Source: Leucoraja erinacea | Taxonomy: Eukaryota | Direction of reading: 5' to 3' | Assembly (NCBI RefSeq): GCF_028641065.1 | Contig: NC_073402.1 | Coordinates: forward strand, 32,116,001 to 32,180,000 | DNA length: 64,000 bases | Shown: positions 39,181 to 52,214 of the stretch, piece after piece | Layout of the letters: every line of letters begins with the position of its first letter | Position numbering within the stretch: the first letter of the stretch is position 1 | Position numbers and translations under genes: made by a program | The notes under the pieces: generated by a model | What the model saw: the letters and a program-made list of their open reading frames with translations, nothing else | Told to the model about the DNA's origin: nothing | The model's database searches: none

Positions 39181-39471
39181 GCGGCACGGTGGCGCAGTGG
39201 TAGAGTTGCTGCCTTCCACTGCCAGAGACCAAGGTTTTACCCTGACTACGGGTGCTTGTATGTACGTTCTCCCTGTGACTGTGTGGGTTTTCTCCAGGTG
39301 CTCTGGTTTCCTCCTACACTCCAAAGATGCACAGGTTTGAGGGGTTAAATGGCTTGGTATAATTGTAAATTGTCCCTAGTGGGTGTAGAATTGTGTTAAT
39401 GTGCGGGGATTGCTAGTCGGCATGGACTCGGTGGGCCGAAGGACCTGTTTCTGCGCTGTATCTCTAAACTA
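39181..39471 (+). mobile_element. V-SINE, near full length
   Basis: ggcacggtggcgcagtggtagag A-box head, V-domain, and tail gggccgaaggacctgtttctgcgctgtatctctaaact. Confidence 0.8.
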
Positions 39472-39509
39472 ATCAATCCCATTGTTTCGTTATTGCCATT
39501 ATTGATAAA

Positions 39510-40200
39510 TGGCACTGAAAGTAATCTTGCAGGTACAGCAGGCAGTGAAGAAAGCCAATGGCATGTTGGCCTTCATAACAAGAGGAGTTGAGTATAGGAG
39601 CAAAGAGGTCCTTCTGCAGTTGTACAGGACCCTAGTGAGACCACACCTGGAGTACTGTGTGCGGTTTTGGTCCCCTAATTTGAGGAAGGACACTCTTGCT
39701 ATTGAGGGAGTGCAGCGTAGGTTCACCAGGTTAATTCCCGGGATGGCCGACTGTCATATGTTGATAGAATGGAGCAGCTGGGCTTGTATACTATAGAATT
39801 TAGAAGGATGAGATGGAATCTTAATGAAACATAAGAATATTAAGGGTTTGGGCACATTAGAGGCAAGAAACATGTTCCTGATGTTGGGGGAGTCAAGAAC
39901 CAGGGGCCACAGTTTAAGAATAAGGGGTAAGCCATTTAGAACAGAGATGAGGAAAAACCTTTTCACCCAGAGAGTTGTGAATCTGTGGAATTCTCTGCCT
40001 CAGAGGGTGGTGGAGGCCTATTCTCTGGAGGCTTTCAAGAGAGAGTTAGATAGATCTCTTAACAATAGCGGAGTCAGGGGGTATGGGGAGAAGGCAGGAA
40101 CAGGGCACTGCTTGTGGATGATCAGCCATGATCACAGTGAATGGCGGTGCTGGCTCGAAGGGCCGAATGGCCTACTCCTGCACCTATTGTCTATTGATAG
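39510..40200 (+). mobile_element. CR1 LINE 3' fragment
   Basis: QQAVKKANGMLAFI...RPHLEYCVRFWSP...TRGHSLRIRG; ctattgtctattg tail. Confidence 0.9.
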
Positions 40201-41153
40201 TAATTTAAAAAAATGTGAATTCAATCACCCGAATTTAAAGTTTTTAACTGCTCTGGTGGGATTTAACTTTCAAGGCCAGGATTCAATAGCGCAAGCTGCC
40301 CACCCGCCCTATAGTAAGACCACAGCCCCCATACTACACACGTGCTCCCCCCATTCTGAAGGCAGGTTTCTGCTATAGCACGGTCAACCAAAGGTTTATC
40401 AGACAAATAGAAGCGGACTGGTTTCAAACTAAGAGGCCTCAAGGCCAGCTTAAAGCGGGTAGCTACCGACAATGTGGATGTGTTGATAGTTCACAGTGTA
40501 ATGGAAAACAGTGAATGTAAAGGCACTATTCATGGAGAGAAGCAGGAAGCAGGAAACTAGGAAAATTGCTGGAATGCACGAAGTAGGTAACAGCAGGTCA
40601 TTTGGAAAAGCATAAAGCAATGAAGTGGAGTCAACAGTTTTATGACATGGAAATATGGTGGTGCTGGAGTAAGGTGGATACGTAACAAACGGGTGGGGGG
40701 ATGGGGGGGGGCAAGCGAAGGGGGAAGACGGCAAATCAGAAGCTGAGGCACAAGTTCGGGGGGCTTCCCCATTGGTGGGAATGTGCAGTCATTCCCATCG
40801 GGATCATTGACTAACAAACAATAGGAATAAAGACCATTGAATCTGAAGATGGCCCCGACCTGAAGCATCCCTCATCCTCTCTCTCCACAGATGTTGTCTG
40901 ACCCTCTGAGTTACTCCAGCACTTTGTGTCTATTTTTGGTACGAACCAGCATCTGCTGTTCTGTTTCTACAATAGGGATGCATTAATCCTTTCCTCTGCC
41001 TCCACTTGTCTACTTATCTTGCACCTTTTTGTCTCCTTTTCATCTCAATAGTCCAGTCACCCCATGCTAGGCGCGGGTGCTGCCACAGACTCTTGTACTT
41101 TACTCTATCCCGTTGTACTCATCAGATGTAGCATGACAACTTTATACCATTAC

Positions 41154-41468
41154 ACGGCACGATGGCACAGCGGTAGAGTTGCCATCTCACAGCTCCAGAG
41201 ACCCGGGTTCAATCCTGAGCTCTGGTGCTGTCCGTACAGAGTTTGTACGTTCTCCCTGGGACCTTGTGGGTTTTCTCCGGGTGCTCCGGTTTCCTCCCAC
41301 ACTCCAAAGACGTACAGGTTTGTAGGTTAATTGGCCCTCTGTAAATTGAGAACTCTGTTAAGGGTGTAGGCTAGAACTAGTGTACGGAGTATTCAGGTGA
41401 TTCTTGTTCGCCGTGGTCTCTGGACCAAAGGGTCCGTTTCCACATTGTATCTCTCATTGTATCTCTCT
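41154..41468 (+). mobile_element. V-SINE
   Basis: cggcacgatggcacagcggtagagttgcc...ccgggttcaatcc (B box)...V-domain. Confidence 0.75.
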
Positions 41469-41689
41469 ACTGTAACACAGTACAGCAGAGGATCAGGCCA
41501 TTCAGCCCACAATGTTTGTGCCTCATTGCTCTGTATTTGGGAATATTGTTACTGACACACATCCGATGAAAGTAAATAGTTATGACCACTCTGGACAATC
41601 ACAAATGTACAAGTCAGCGTTTCACCCTGTACCCACCCCGGTGTGTGGATAGTGAAATGGAGGGGTCCTGGTCTTTGGGTAGGGAGTGG

Positions 41690-42268
41690 GGGTTCAGAGA
41701 AGGGGGGGCCGGAGGGGGCTGGGGTCCGGGGACGGGTGGTCAGGCAGGAGTTGGGGGTGCAGAGGGAGAGGGGGGGGGGGGGGGGGCTAGGGACAAGAGG
41801 GGGCTGGGGTCGGGTGTCTGGGGGGGGGGGGGGGGGGGACAAGAGGGGACTGGGGTCGGGTGTCTGGGTGGGGGGGGGAGGAAGAGGGTCTGGGGGGGGA
41901 GGGAGCAGGGAAGGGGGGGGGTGAAGGGGTCGGGGGGAGGGCTGGAGAGAACAGGGGATCAGGGGTCAGGCAGAGCAGGGTGCCGATAGAGGGGGGTGGA
42001 GGGGGAGAGAGAGAACGGGGGCAGGGTCCGGGAGCATGAGTGGGGAGGGGGTTGGGGGTGCAGGAGGGGGGGGGGGGGTGCAGATAACGGGGGGGGTCTA
42101 GCGGGGACTGGGGGGGAGAAGTGGGTCCGGGGTCCGGGAGAGCGCGAGTAGGGAGGGGGTTGGGGGGGGGGGGGGGGGGGAGGGGGGGCTGGGGTCCGGG
42201 GACGGGAGGTCAGGTAGTTGGGGACAGGCGGGGGTTGGGGGTGCAGAGCAAGGGGGGGGGGGACTAGT

Positions 42269-42310
<42 letters not shown>
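41690..42310. repeat. G-rich low-complexity tract / degenerate minisatellite
   Basis: Repeated ggggggctggggtccggggacggg units and long G runs. Confidence 0.7.
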
Positions 42311-42311
<1 letters not shown>

Positions 42312-42337
42312 CCGCGTTGGGGGAACGATCCACCTAC

Positions 42338-42560
42338 CTGGAGCCCCGGCCGTGGGAACTGTCCCTGGCAGCTGCAGCGGGTCCCGGGTCGCGGGGTGCG
42401 GGGTGAGGCCGGCATGGGCGCGCCCCAGGCGGGGAGAGAGGCTCAAGGAGGCGGCGGGGACGGTGACCGAGACCCGCGGGCGGAACGGGCGGCACAACTT
42501 TCAAATCGTCCCAACTCCGCCTCTTCCCCCCGCCCGCCCAGAGACGGAGACGGAGCGCTC
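42338..42560 (-). promoter_or_regulatory. Probable PNRC2 non-coding first exon and CpG promoter
   Basis: CpG-rich island with a minus-strand donor CAG|GTAGGT at 42338/42337; nearest such island upstream of the PNRC2 acceptor. 5' boundary is a guess. Confidence 0.55.
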
Positions 42561-44057
42561 CCCCACACACACACACACACACACACACCCCGGTGAGGGA
42601 GCGCTCCCCACATACACACACACACACACACACATCCCTCCCCCCCCGTGAGAGTGAAAGTCTATCCAGCCAGATCAGATATTCTGTACATAAATAAATA
42701 CACTCAGTTCAAAGTCAAGTACAATAGAAGGCAGACAGAAGTGCTGGAGAAACGCAGCGGGTGCAGCAGCATCTATGGAGCGAAGGAAATAGACGACGTT
42801 TCGGTCCGAAACCCCTTCTTCAGACACAATAGAACCAGGGGAAGGGACCGTGGGAGAACAGAAGGCAAGGATTGGGGAATGGATGGCGACCGGTTTGGCA
42901 AATGCCCCCATTTCATGGGCAAGGGGTCACACTAAATGTCCCGTTCAATGCTCTGTCCCATTTGGGCTCCTCTGACTTTGTCTTCTCTCATTTTCCACCA
43001 AATTCAAAATTAAGACAAGAAAACACTTCGTAGAGTAATCCGACATGGAAACAGGCCATTCAACCCGACTCAACCAAATCCCATTGGCCATATTTGGCCC
43101 ATATCCCTCTAAATCTTTCCTATCCATGAATCTGTCCATGTACCTTTCAAATGTTGTTGTGGTATCTGTCATGACAGAGAGTTTGGTACACAGCAGAGAA
43201 ACAGGCCCTTCAGGCAAACCTGTTCAAGACGTCTACCTGAATTAGTCCCATTTATGTGGGTTCAGGCCTGTATCTCCAAACCTTTGGAGTCACCTGAAAT
43301 AGTCCAGATGCTGTTTTAACAAAAACAAAGTCACAAAAGTGCTGCCCAGCAGCATTTCCGAAAACCATGAAGAGGTGAAATTTCAGGTGAGGATCCTTGA
43401 CGTTGCAGAACTTTACCCAAAGGTGTTTTATGTTTTGACTCATGAAGAAGGAAGGTGTCGTTTACTGAAACTGTATGTGATGGATGGTCAGAAGAATCCT
43501 ATGTCTATGATGTCATCAGTCTGAAGACACATCACCTATCCATGTTCTTTCAATCTGAAGAAGGGCCCCAACCCGAAACGTCACCCATCCCTTTTCTCCA
43601 GAAATTCTGCCTGACGCTGAGTTACTCCAGCACTTTGTGTCTTTCTCTGGGGATGCTGTCTGACCCATGTAGTTACTCCAGCACTCTGGAACACGGAATT
43701 CAAGAACTTCAGATTGCTAGCTTTTCCAGTTTGCCTTGGTTGGTTCTGGTGAAAGATTTACTGGTGTTTGTTTTAGCTTATTATTACCATTTGTACAGTG
43801 AAAAGCCTTGTTTATGTGCTATCCAGTCAGACTGCCATGAGTACAACCAACCCATACCAGGTAGTACAAAGCAAAAAATACCATTGCAGAATATAGAGTT
43901 ACAGGGTTATTGTGTTAGTTACAGAGAAACAAGATGTAGGTTGGGAGATGGGGACTACATTCCTAGACTATGGGAGACTCAGGAGGTGATAACAGTGTGG
44001 AAGAAGCTGTTCCTGGATCTAGTGGTACCTGGTTTCAGTGCAATGTTGTAGGTGATT

Positions 44058-44620
44058 TGTGAGACCACACCTGGAGTATTGTGTACAGTTTTGGTCCCCT
44101 AATTTGAGGAAGGACATTCTTGCTATTGAGGGAGTGCAGCGTAGGTTTACAAGGTTAATTCTCGGGATGGCGGGACTGTTGTCTGCTGAGAGAATGGAGC
44201 GGCTGGGCTTGTACACTCTGCAGTTTAGGATGAGAGGCAATCTCTTTGAAACATATAACATTATCAAAGGTTTGGACACGCTAGAGGCAGGAAACATGTT
44301 CCCGATGTTGGGGGAGTCCAGAACCAGGGGCCACAGTTTAAGAATAGGGGGTATGCCATTTAGAACGGAGACAAGGAAACACTTCTTCACACAGAGTGGT
44401 GAGTCTGTGGAATTCTCTGCCTCAGAGGGCGGTGGAGGCCGGTTCTCTGGATACTTTCAAGAGAGAGCTAGATAGGGCTCTTAAAAATAGCGGAGTCAGG
44501 GGATATGGGGAGAAGGCAGGAACGGGGAACTGATTGTGGATGATCAGCCATGACTACATTGAATGGCGGTGCTGGCTCGAAGGGCCGAATGGCCTACTCC
44601 TGCACCTATTGTATATTGTG
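44058..44620 (+). mobile_element. CR1 LINE 3' fragment
   Basis: ORF 44059 RPHLEYCVQFWSPNLRKDILAIEGVQRRFTR...TRGHSLRI. Confidence 0.9.
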
Positions 44621-44998
44621 ATTATTTTATATAAAACTATTCAGATATCTCAACAAATTGAGCACAATAAAGAGCAATGAACTTCTCCTACCAGTTTGAC
44701 CTTGCAGTTATCATCTTCTTGGATGCTTGAGATTCTCTCACAGTATCATTCACTGTTGTTCAGAACATAGAGCAGTACAGCACAGGAACAGGCCCTTGAT
44801 AGGCCGAATGGCCTAACTCTGCTCTTATAATTTATCAACTGCCTCAACCACCACCCGTGGCATCCACCACCCTCTGCAGCAAAAAGTCCAGGCACATCTC
44901 CATTCTACTTTGCCTCTGTTGCTGTGGCAACATCTCACTTTACACCGCCTAATTCTGCCTGGAATTGTTTTTTGACAAGTTTAATTTTTACTCTGCAG

Positions 44999-45283
44999 CG
45001 TACTACACAGAACCCAAGCTACTCATCAGGTTAACGGCATCTGGGTGGACATTCACATTGGTGTCCCGCGGTTACCCTGAAGCCAGTGATTGTTGGAACA
45101 GTGCAGGGAGGAAGAACATCTCCTTCCAGTCCGAGATCTGGCACCAACGAGACGGAAATGGTCTCTACTCGCTGGAGAGTATTCTGGCAGTCGCCAATGG
45201 CAACAGGAGCTCCAGCTACAGCTTTGAGTTAAGGAATTATGTTTTACAGCAGTCGGTCTCCAGAACATTCAATCCCTCCGTAG
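44999..45283 (+). CDS. B7-family (CD276/VTCN1-like) IgC-type exon; gene incomplete or pseudogenic
   Basis: ctctgcAG|CG ... G|GTATGT, 285 nt, phase 1-1, open: AYYTEPKL...SRGYPEA...W...GNGLYSLESIL...YSFELRNYVLQQSVSRTF, matching the B7 pattern GYPEA / GLF...S.L / RNPVLQQ. Confidence 0.7.
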
Positions 45284-45391
45284 GTATGTGGACTGTGTTG
45301 TCCTTTATCCCACAGGCTGAGCAGACACATGAGAGTAATCGGGGAAAGTGTTGGAGAAAATCCTCAGGGGAATGTTTTTCTGTACATTTGG

Positions 45392-45976
45392 NNNNNNNNN
45401 NNNNNNNNNNNNNNNNNNNNNNNNNNNNNNNNNNNNNNNNNNNNNNNNNNNNNNNNNNNNNNNNNNNNNNNNNNNNNNNNNNNNNNNNNNNNNNNNNNNN
45501 NNNNNNNNNNNNNNNNNNNNNNNNNNNNNNNNNNNNNNNNNNTATCTGTGCCTGTGTGTCTGTCGGTGTATGTTTGTCTGTGTGTGTGTGTGTCTGTCTG
45601 TCGGTGTATGTTTGTTTGTCTGTGGCTGAGTGTGTCTGTCTTTGTATGTTTGTCTGTGTGTTGTCTTTGTGTGTGTGTGTCTGTCGGTGTATGTTTGTTT
45701 TTCTGTGTGTTTGTGTCTGCCTGTCGNNNNNNNNNNNNNNNNNNNNNNNNNNNNNNNNNNNNNNNNNNNNNNNNNNNNNNNNNNNNNNNNNNNNNNNNNN
45801 NNNNNNNNNNNNNNNNNNNNNNNNNNNNNNNNNNNNNNNNNNNNNNNNNNNNNNNNNNNNNNNNNNNNNNNNNNNNNNNNNNNNNNNNNNNNNNNNNNNN
45901 NNNNNNNNNNNNNNNNNNNNNNNNNNNNNNNNNNNNNNNNNNNNNNNNNNNNNNNNNNNNNNNNNNNNNNNNNNNN
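45392..45976. other. Two assembly gaps (45392-45542, 45727-45976) flanking TG-rich simple repeat
   Basis: Runs of N. Confidence 0.99.
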
Positions 45977-47151
45977 GTGTGCTTGTGTGTGTCTGAGTGT
46001 GTAGCTAGCTGCGTGTGCATCCACGTCTGTGTCTGCCTGGCGAGAGGCTGGGACACATGGAATCCAAGGTGTGCAGCAAGCTGGATCCAAACTGGCTCAG
46101 TGAGAAAGGGTGACAAAGGGTGGTGGATGTATGAAAGGAGCTGCCAGAGGAGGTAGTTGAGGCAGGGTCTGCAGGGACGTTATACATGTACATGGATGTA
46201 CATGGATAGGACAGGTTCAGAGGGATATGGGCCACACGCGGGCAGGTGGGACTAATGTATAGTGCTGGAGTAACTCAGTGGGGCAGGCAGCATCTCTGGA
46301 GAAAGAAATAGATGGAGTTTCGGGTCGAGACCCTACTTCAGACACAGGGTATGTTGGTTGGTGTGGGCAGGCTGGATCAATGGGCACTGTTTCCACGCTG
46401 TGACATATATATAAACCTCATGGATAGGAATTCAGGAAGGTGTTTGATAAAGTTACGAATGACCCAACATTTGTGGTATTGTGGAGAGTGGTGAAGGTTG
46501 TCAAAGTCAACAGCCATATACAGTATATTTCAGGTAGAAAGCTGGGCAGAGCAAGGGCAAAGACAATGTAACCCCAGCTGGTGTTGATGATGCTGTACAT
46601 CTCTCAACCTCGCCATGTTTCTGCTCTTTATGTTTCAGTCTCAACATGGTTATTTTTATGCTAATTGAAGAAAAAATAACTCATATGTGTCACTCAGACA
46701 CCTGGTTACCATATAAACAGCTGCAGACTTTGAATTAACTCTGAAACCTCTGCAGATTTCACACTTTGGAGAAGACATGAAACTCGTGCATGGGCAATCT
46801 CTTCTCTTTAAGTCACTTTGGACGGTTGATTGCTTGAGGCTTGTGACTGGGATAACATTTGGAAATATCATCGTACTTTCATGATGACTGTACATGAGGT
46901 GTATGGAATGAGCTGCAAGAGGAGGTACAGTAGTTGAGGCAGAGACTATCACAAAATTTAAGAGACATTTAGGCAGGTACATGGATAGGACAGGGTTAGA
47001 GAGACGTGGGTCAAACACAGGCAGGTGGGACTAGTGTAGATGGGACATGTTGAGCCTAAAGGGCCTGTTTCCACACTGCATGATTCTATGAAACTGAAGA
47101 CCTGATTAATGAAGAAATTGCTCCACAAATGTTCCTCTCTCTCTTCCACAG

Positions 47152-47278
47152 AAATGGAATCTGACATCATTCCAGCAAGAAATAAGTGGATGCTTACACT
47201 TTCTCTGTCCATAGCTGAATTAGAAATGATTCTAATCCTGGCCAGTGCAATGTGCAGGCCAATGGCTTCACGACACAG
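47152..47278 (+). CDS. Candidate stalk/transmembrane exon of the B7-like gene
   Basis: Strong acceptor ctctctctcttccacAG; phase 1, in frame with the IgC exon: EMESDIIPARNKWMLTLSLSIAELEMILILASAMCRPMASRH; donor AG|GTTGGA. Confidence 0.45.
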
Positions 47279-48647
47279 GTTGGATGTGTGAACAGTTGGC
47301 TGTGTGTGGACAGTATCTTGTATCTTCTTGTGTTTTATGACGGGATGGCAGACTAATTTCCCTCCTGGGATAAATAATGTTCCATCGTATCATATAACAG
47401 CTGGGAGGAAACTGCCCCTGAATGTGCCGCCGGTTCATTTCTGCTGCTTGTGTCTCCAGCTCAGAGACTCCGCCATTCGCAATGTTCTTTAAAAGTTATC
47501 CTGATTGACCAGGTTTGTTCAATAGCCATTCCTCTTATCTTTAGCTTGCTGTCAACACTTTGATTGTGCATCAAGGTCACTTTCTGTATCAATTCAGGCT
47601 ATTGTGCAGTGCAAAAATACAAAACAATTTATTAATAATTTCCAATGTAGCAACAACCATGGCTAATGTTAGTATTGTTGTTGTAATCGCTGTGTCATTT
47701 AAGGAGCTGAATAAATTCATTAATGATGTCCCAACAATCACTGTACCAGAACAGGGCCTGATACAAAATGTCAACTATCACTCTATCTCCACAGATGCTG
47801 CCTGACCCGCTGAGTTACTCTAGTTTCCAGCATCTGTCGTCTGTGTCTACACTCTTAATGGAGAAGCTGTTTGTTACTTCCACCTGCAGGCAGGCAATGG
47901 AAGTACATCTTATTTACAATTTAATTTTTGTTACTGCAGTAAAAATTAACAAAATGAGTTTGGAGAGAATTGTGATACATATATGATAAATATGTCTTGT
48001 GTCTGGTTCAATATGGCAGCATGTTTTCTTTCATTCAATAATATGCAGAAAATGCTCAGGAACGAGGGAGACCACAGAGTGGTGGACACTGCCTGGTCAC
48101 AGGTACTGACCCCCCCCCCCCCCCCCACACTGCCCGGTCCATCACAGATACTGACCCCCCCCCCCCCCCCCCCCACACACTGCCCAGTCCGTCACAGATA
48201 CTGACCCCCCCCCCCCCCCACCATCGAAGGGATCTACAGGAGGCGCTGCCTCAGGCAGCCAGCACCATCAGAGACCCACACCATCCTGGCCACGCTCTCA
48301 TCTTGCAGCTACCATCGGAAGGAAGGTACAGGAGCCTGTTTCATTGTTCCATTCCTGTTACAAATTACAACTGAACACATTTCACTGTGGAACTGCAAGG
48401 GACTCATCAAAAGTAGCTGGTCTGTGGATTGGTTTCCATACTAATGGACTTGGCTCGACCTCTGATACTCAACACCAGTGGAGGGAGTGCTGCAGCATTC
48501 TTTGAGGGAATGAGTGTGGAGATACACCCAGTGTGCAGGGTAAGAGCATCAGACAGCTTCCATTCATGGTTAAACCCTTTTCCTACAGTTATCTCAGTCC
48601 CCTGTAAGGTAATCTGTTAAATGGAAAATACAAGTATATTTTTAGTT

Positions 48648-48915
48648 TTTAGAGATCCAGGCCCACAGAAGCCATGCCGACCAGCGATCCCTGCACACTT
48701 ACACAATCTTACACACTAGGGACAATTCACATTTATACCAAGCCAATTAACTTACAAACCTGCATTTCTTTGGAATGTGGGAGGAAACCGTAGATCCCGG
48801 AGAAAACCCACGCAGGTCACGGGGAGAACGTACAGACAGCACCCGTAGTCAGGATCGAACCCAGGTTCCTGGTGCTGTAATGGGGCAACTCTACCGCTGC
48901 GCCACCGTGCCGCCC
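48648..48915 (-). mobile_element. V-SINE
   Basis: Minus strand gggcggcacggtggcgcagcggtagagttgcc...gggttcgatcctgactacgggtgctgtc. Confidence 0.8.
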
Positions 48916-50956
48916 GTTATGTTAATATTGGCAAGTGTGACAAACCAGACACAGTACGTTCAAAATAGTTTATGAAACAAAGACATTTTGTGATAACTTT
49001 ATTGTACTTAAAAACTTGATCAGAGTAAAAATTAAGAATACTTCAAATAATTCACAATCAAGATACATCTGACAGTAAAAGTCCAATCTTTACAGTGTGT
49101 AGGTGAAGCTGAAGCCACAACCAAAAGCAGAAGTTCCCCTGAAGCAGAAAATAACTGTTGTGAAAAGGAGAGATTTAAATCACTTGGAAGCTGGAGGCTG
49201 CAGATAGGTGGTGTGGTTCCTTGATGATATTGGTTGTTTACTGGGATTGGATGGAGTATTGGCATCAATGCCCTCGCATGATCAAGGCAGGAGGAAAGCA
49301 GAGAGACATAAAACTGCAAATGTTGGAATCTGGAACAAATAAAAATGCAGGAGGAGCTCAGCAGGTGAGGCAGGCAGCATCTGTGGAGTGAAAGGACAAG
49401 TCTGGAGAAGAGTCTCGACCCACAATGTCGTTTGTCCATTCCCTTCACAGATGCTGCCTGACCCGCTGAGTTCCTCCAGTGCTTTGGGCTTGGCTCATGG
49501 GGAAAACAACATGCATTTAAGATACTTTTGATATTCCCCTCAAACGTGGATTTCTCCGGGGATAATTTACAGATGGGAAGAAGTTTGCTTTGCTTGGACA
49601 TGGAGCTACAAGACCATGCATGCCAATAAAAACCTTTGCTGGTTCCAGCCAAGCCAATAGACAAGGCATTTTATAGAACCATACAGTACAGGAACAGGCC
49701 CTTCAGCCCACAATGTCTGTGCTATAACAGAGGGCAGATGACATTTTGGGTCGGGACCCATCTTCAGACTGGCATTGTTCAAACATTGTCTGTTCTTTAT
49801 GATCTAAGATGCCTGGGAGAAATGGAAACGGGAGCAGTTGATGATGGGGAAGTAATCCTATACTGACTGCTTTGTTATTTCAGATTTCCAGCAAACTCTC
49901 TCAATTTTCCAAATAATTTATTTGTAGAGTAAAAGATCATTGTGCATTACCAGTGGGGAGCTTTCAGTGTTGGCTTCATGGTTTCCCTCCCTCCTGTACA
50001 CGTGATTGTTATTCACATTTTATCCTAAATCCTCAATATCATTAATTCATAGAGACACCACATCATTCAACAGGTAGACCACTCCATCTACAGCATGTGT
50101 GACAAGGTCAGCTTGCTGTGTTCACATTCATCTGTCAGGTATATTTCACTTCCACGAGGTTTCATGTCTGATATATACATATAAAAAAATAATACCCCAA
50201 AAAAACAATTTCTCCAGTACTGAAAAAGGTCACCAGTAACCACAATGTTCGCTGAACATTGTAGAGGCCTGGACGAGGTCAGGAAAAGGCCAGACGCCAG
50301 GCAGGTTCAGAAGGCGTTTAATGAATCATGGCAAACACACAGAACGGCCTTGGAGCAGCTAGCGGGAAAACCCCATGGGCAGACAATCGTCCCTGTCTCT
50401 CAAGGGCCGAGGGGGATGACCCAAGGAGTAGCCTAACCCCCAGGGACCGCCACAACACGTGGATGAGTAACCTTGTCCAAAGACAAAAGAAATGTTCCAG
50501 AAGGGCGAGAATTTGGTAAAAGAAATGTGAAATTCAAAGGTACATCATCCATAGTAGATCAATCTACTAAATGAGAATTATTCCAAGTAGATGGGGATAT
50601 ACCCTACAGCACAGCACACTCATTTCTAATTTACCGCCTCATCGTTGCAATCATCTGTTACCCTGGCTTGTAAACATTCAGATTTCTTTATCCAGTTCAG
50701 TATAGGAATATATTTTAATATATTAAAGACCATTTTCTTAGCAATTATTTAGCACACTTTGACACATTATTACCAATACCAAAATACTCAATGCTTTTAG
50801 TGTACAAATCAAGGTGTGGGTACACCTCGAACTGTTCACACTGGCACACTGCTGTACACCAATGTCGCTTTCAACTTTTAGAGGTACCATCACCAACAAT
50901 CATTAAAAAGATATACTTTGTACATAGTTTAGATTAGTGCAAACAGAAATAAAAAA

Positions 50957-51043
50957 TCAAATATCTATAATGACAAAAATGTGAGGAGATTCGTCCTCGT
51001 GAATCTGCATAGCTGAGTATGTGATGGCTTTCACTTCAGTGCC
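50957..51043 (-). CDS. ZBTB8OS: Archease exon 7 (stop)
   Basis: GTEVKAITYSAMQIHEDESPHIFVIIDI*; acceptor ttacAG; summed CDS 489 nt = 162 aa. Confidence 0.95.
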   Translation of the reverse strand, partial: GTEVKAITYSAMQIHEDESPHIFVIIDI

Positions 51044-51158
51044 CTGTAAGTGTAAACAAGACAACAAAATAATTGCTGGGTATGATTCTGGGCTTTGAAC
51101 ACGGCAATCTCTAAAGCCACAAGGGAGGGCCACTAACATTTCCAACTTCACCCCTTAC

Positions 51159-51195
51159 CTGCGGATGTTTGGCTATATCAAATTCTTCACCCCAC
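51159..51195 (-). CDS. ZBTB8OS: Archease exon 6
   Basis: (G)WGEEFDIAKHPQ; 37 nt; AG/GT boundaries. Confidence 0.92.
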
Positions 51196-51834
51196 CTTAT
51201 GAGGAGAAAAAAAATTGGTACATTTCAGAGTACATTTAAAAATATAAATATGAGACACCAGACAATAATTTTGCACAAACTCCCCTTTCCACTAAAATGC
51301 TTATTGAAAGTAGGCTTAAGTGTTAGAGACAGGATACAAGGTCATATTTTCATTGAACAAATGTACCCAGCAAATGGATCTCACTCAGTTCAGTGGATGC
51401 ATCAGAATAACTCAATAAATATACACTTATTCTCATCACCAAAGGGAATAATAATTTGCACACAAACCCACAGGCATTCATTGTCAATTTCCACAACTTC
51501 AAAATCACCACAGTACAAAAGAAACCTCTGAAACCTCTCACATCTCCCAAATCATCGTTCAATTCACCCATTAGATTTCATCCCTATTTATGAAAATGTA
51601 ATGGGGATGAGTAAATAGACAATAGGAAGGGTCTCAACCCGAAACTCCAACAATTCCTTCTATCTAGAGATGCTGCCTGTCCCGCTGAATTACTCCTGCA
51701 TTTTGTGTCTATGATATTATATATATAAAACATAAAAGTGCAAAGTCAAAAATAATAATGCCACTGGACCCAAAGATTGCTAATTCTCTAGACTTGGTTG
51801 GTATTCCCACTGTTCTGTGAAAGTACAGGCTTAC

Positions 51835-51887
51835 CCTATTGATCGAATTGTATAATTACTTCTGTCCAAGTGAATCACTTTCATCTC
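51835..51887 (-). CDS. ZBTB8OS: Archease exon 5
   Basis: EMKVIHLDRSNYTIRSI(G); 53 nt; tag|...|gtaag. Confidence 0.9.
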
Positions 51888-52171
51888 CTAAAAGAGAAAC
51901 AAAGGAACGTTTACAACAGCAACAGCAATTAGTAAACTTTCTAATGACAACAAATGGGTTAACTTTAACTGGGTCATCCCATCCAAACATGTATAGACGG
52001 GCCCCAACCAGAAACACTGTTGATCTATGTTCTCCAGAGATACTGCGAAATTACTCCAGCACTTTATGCCTTTGTTTTGTAAACCAGCATCTGCAGTTCC
52101 TTGTATCCAGGTATTTTTGTGTGATAAGATACAGGTTCAAGATTGAGATTACTCACACTTGAAGCTTTCAA

Positions 52172-52204
<33 letters not shown>

Positions 52205-52214
52205 AAAAGAGGTC

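Noticed and set aside
41549-42651. Gly- and Pro-rich ORFs
   Set aside because: Products of G-rich low-complexity sequence and a CpG island.
43250-43790. Possible leader or IgV exon for the B7-like gene
   Set aside because: No IgV motifs (Cys, W, D-x-G-x-Y-x-C) and no ATG-initiated stop-free signal peptide.
45305-46156. Long ORFs spanning X runs
   Set aside because: Artefacts of N gaps and TG repeats.
50260-50480. GC-richer patch downstream of archease, possibly an LTR fragment
   Set aside because: No partner LTR, termini or target duplication could be identified.
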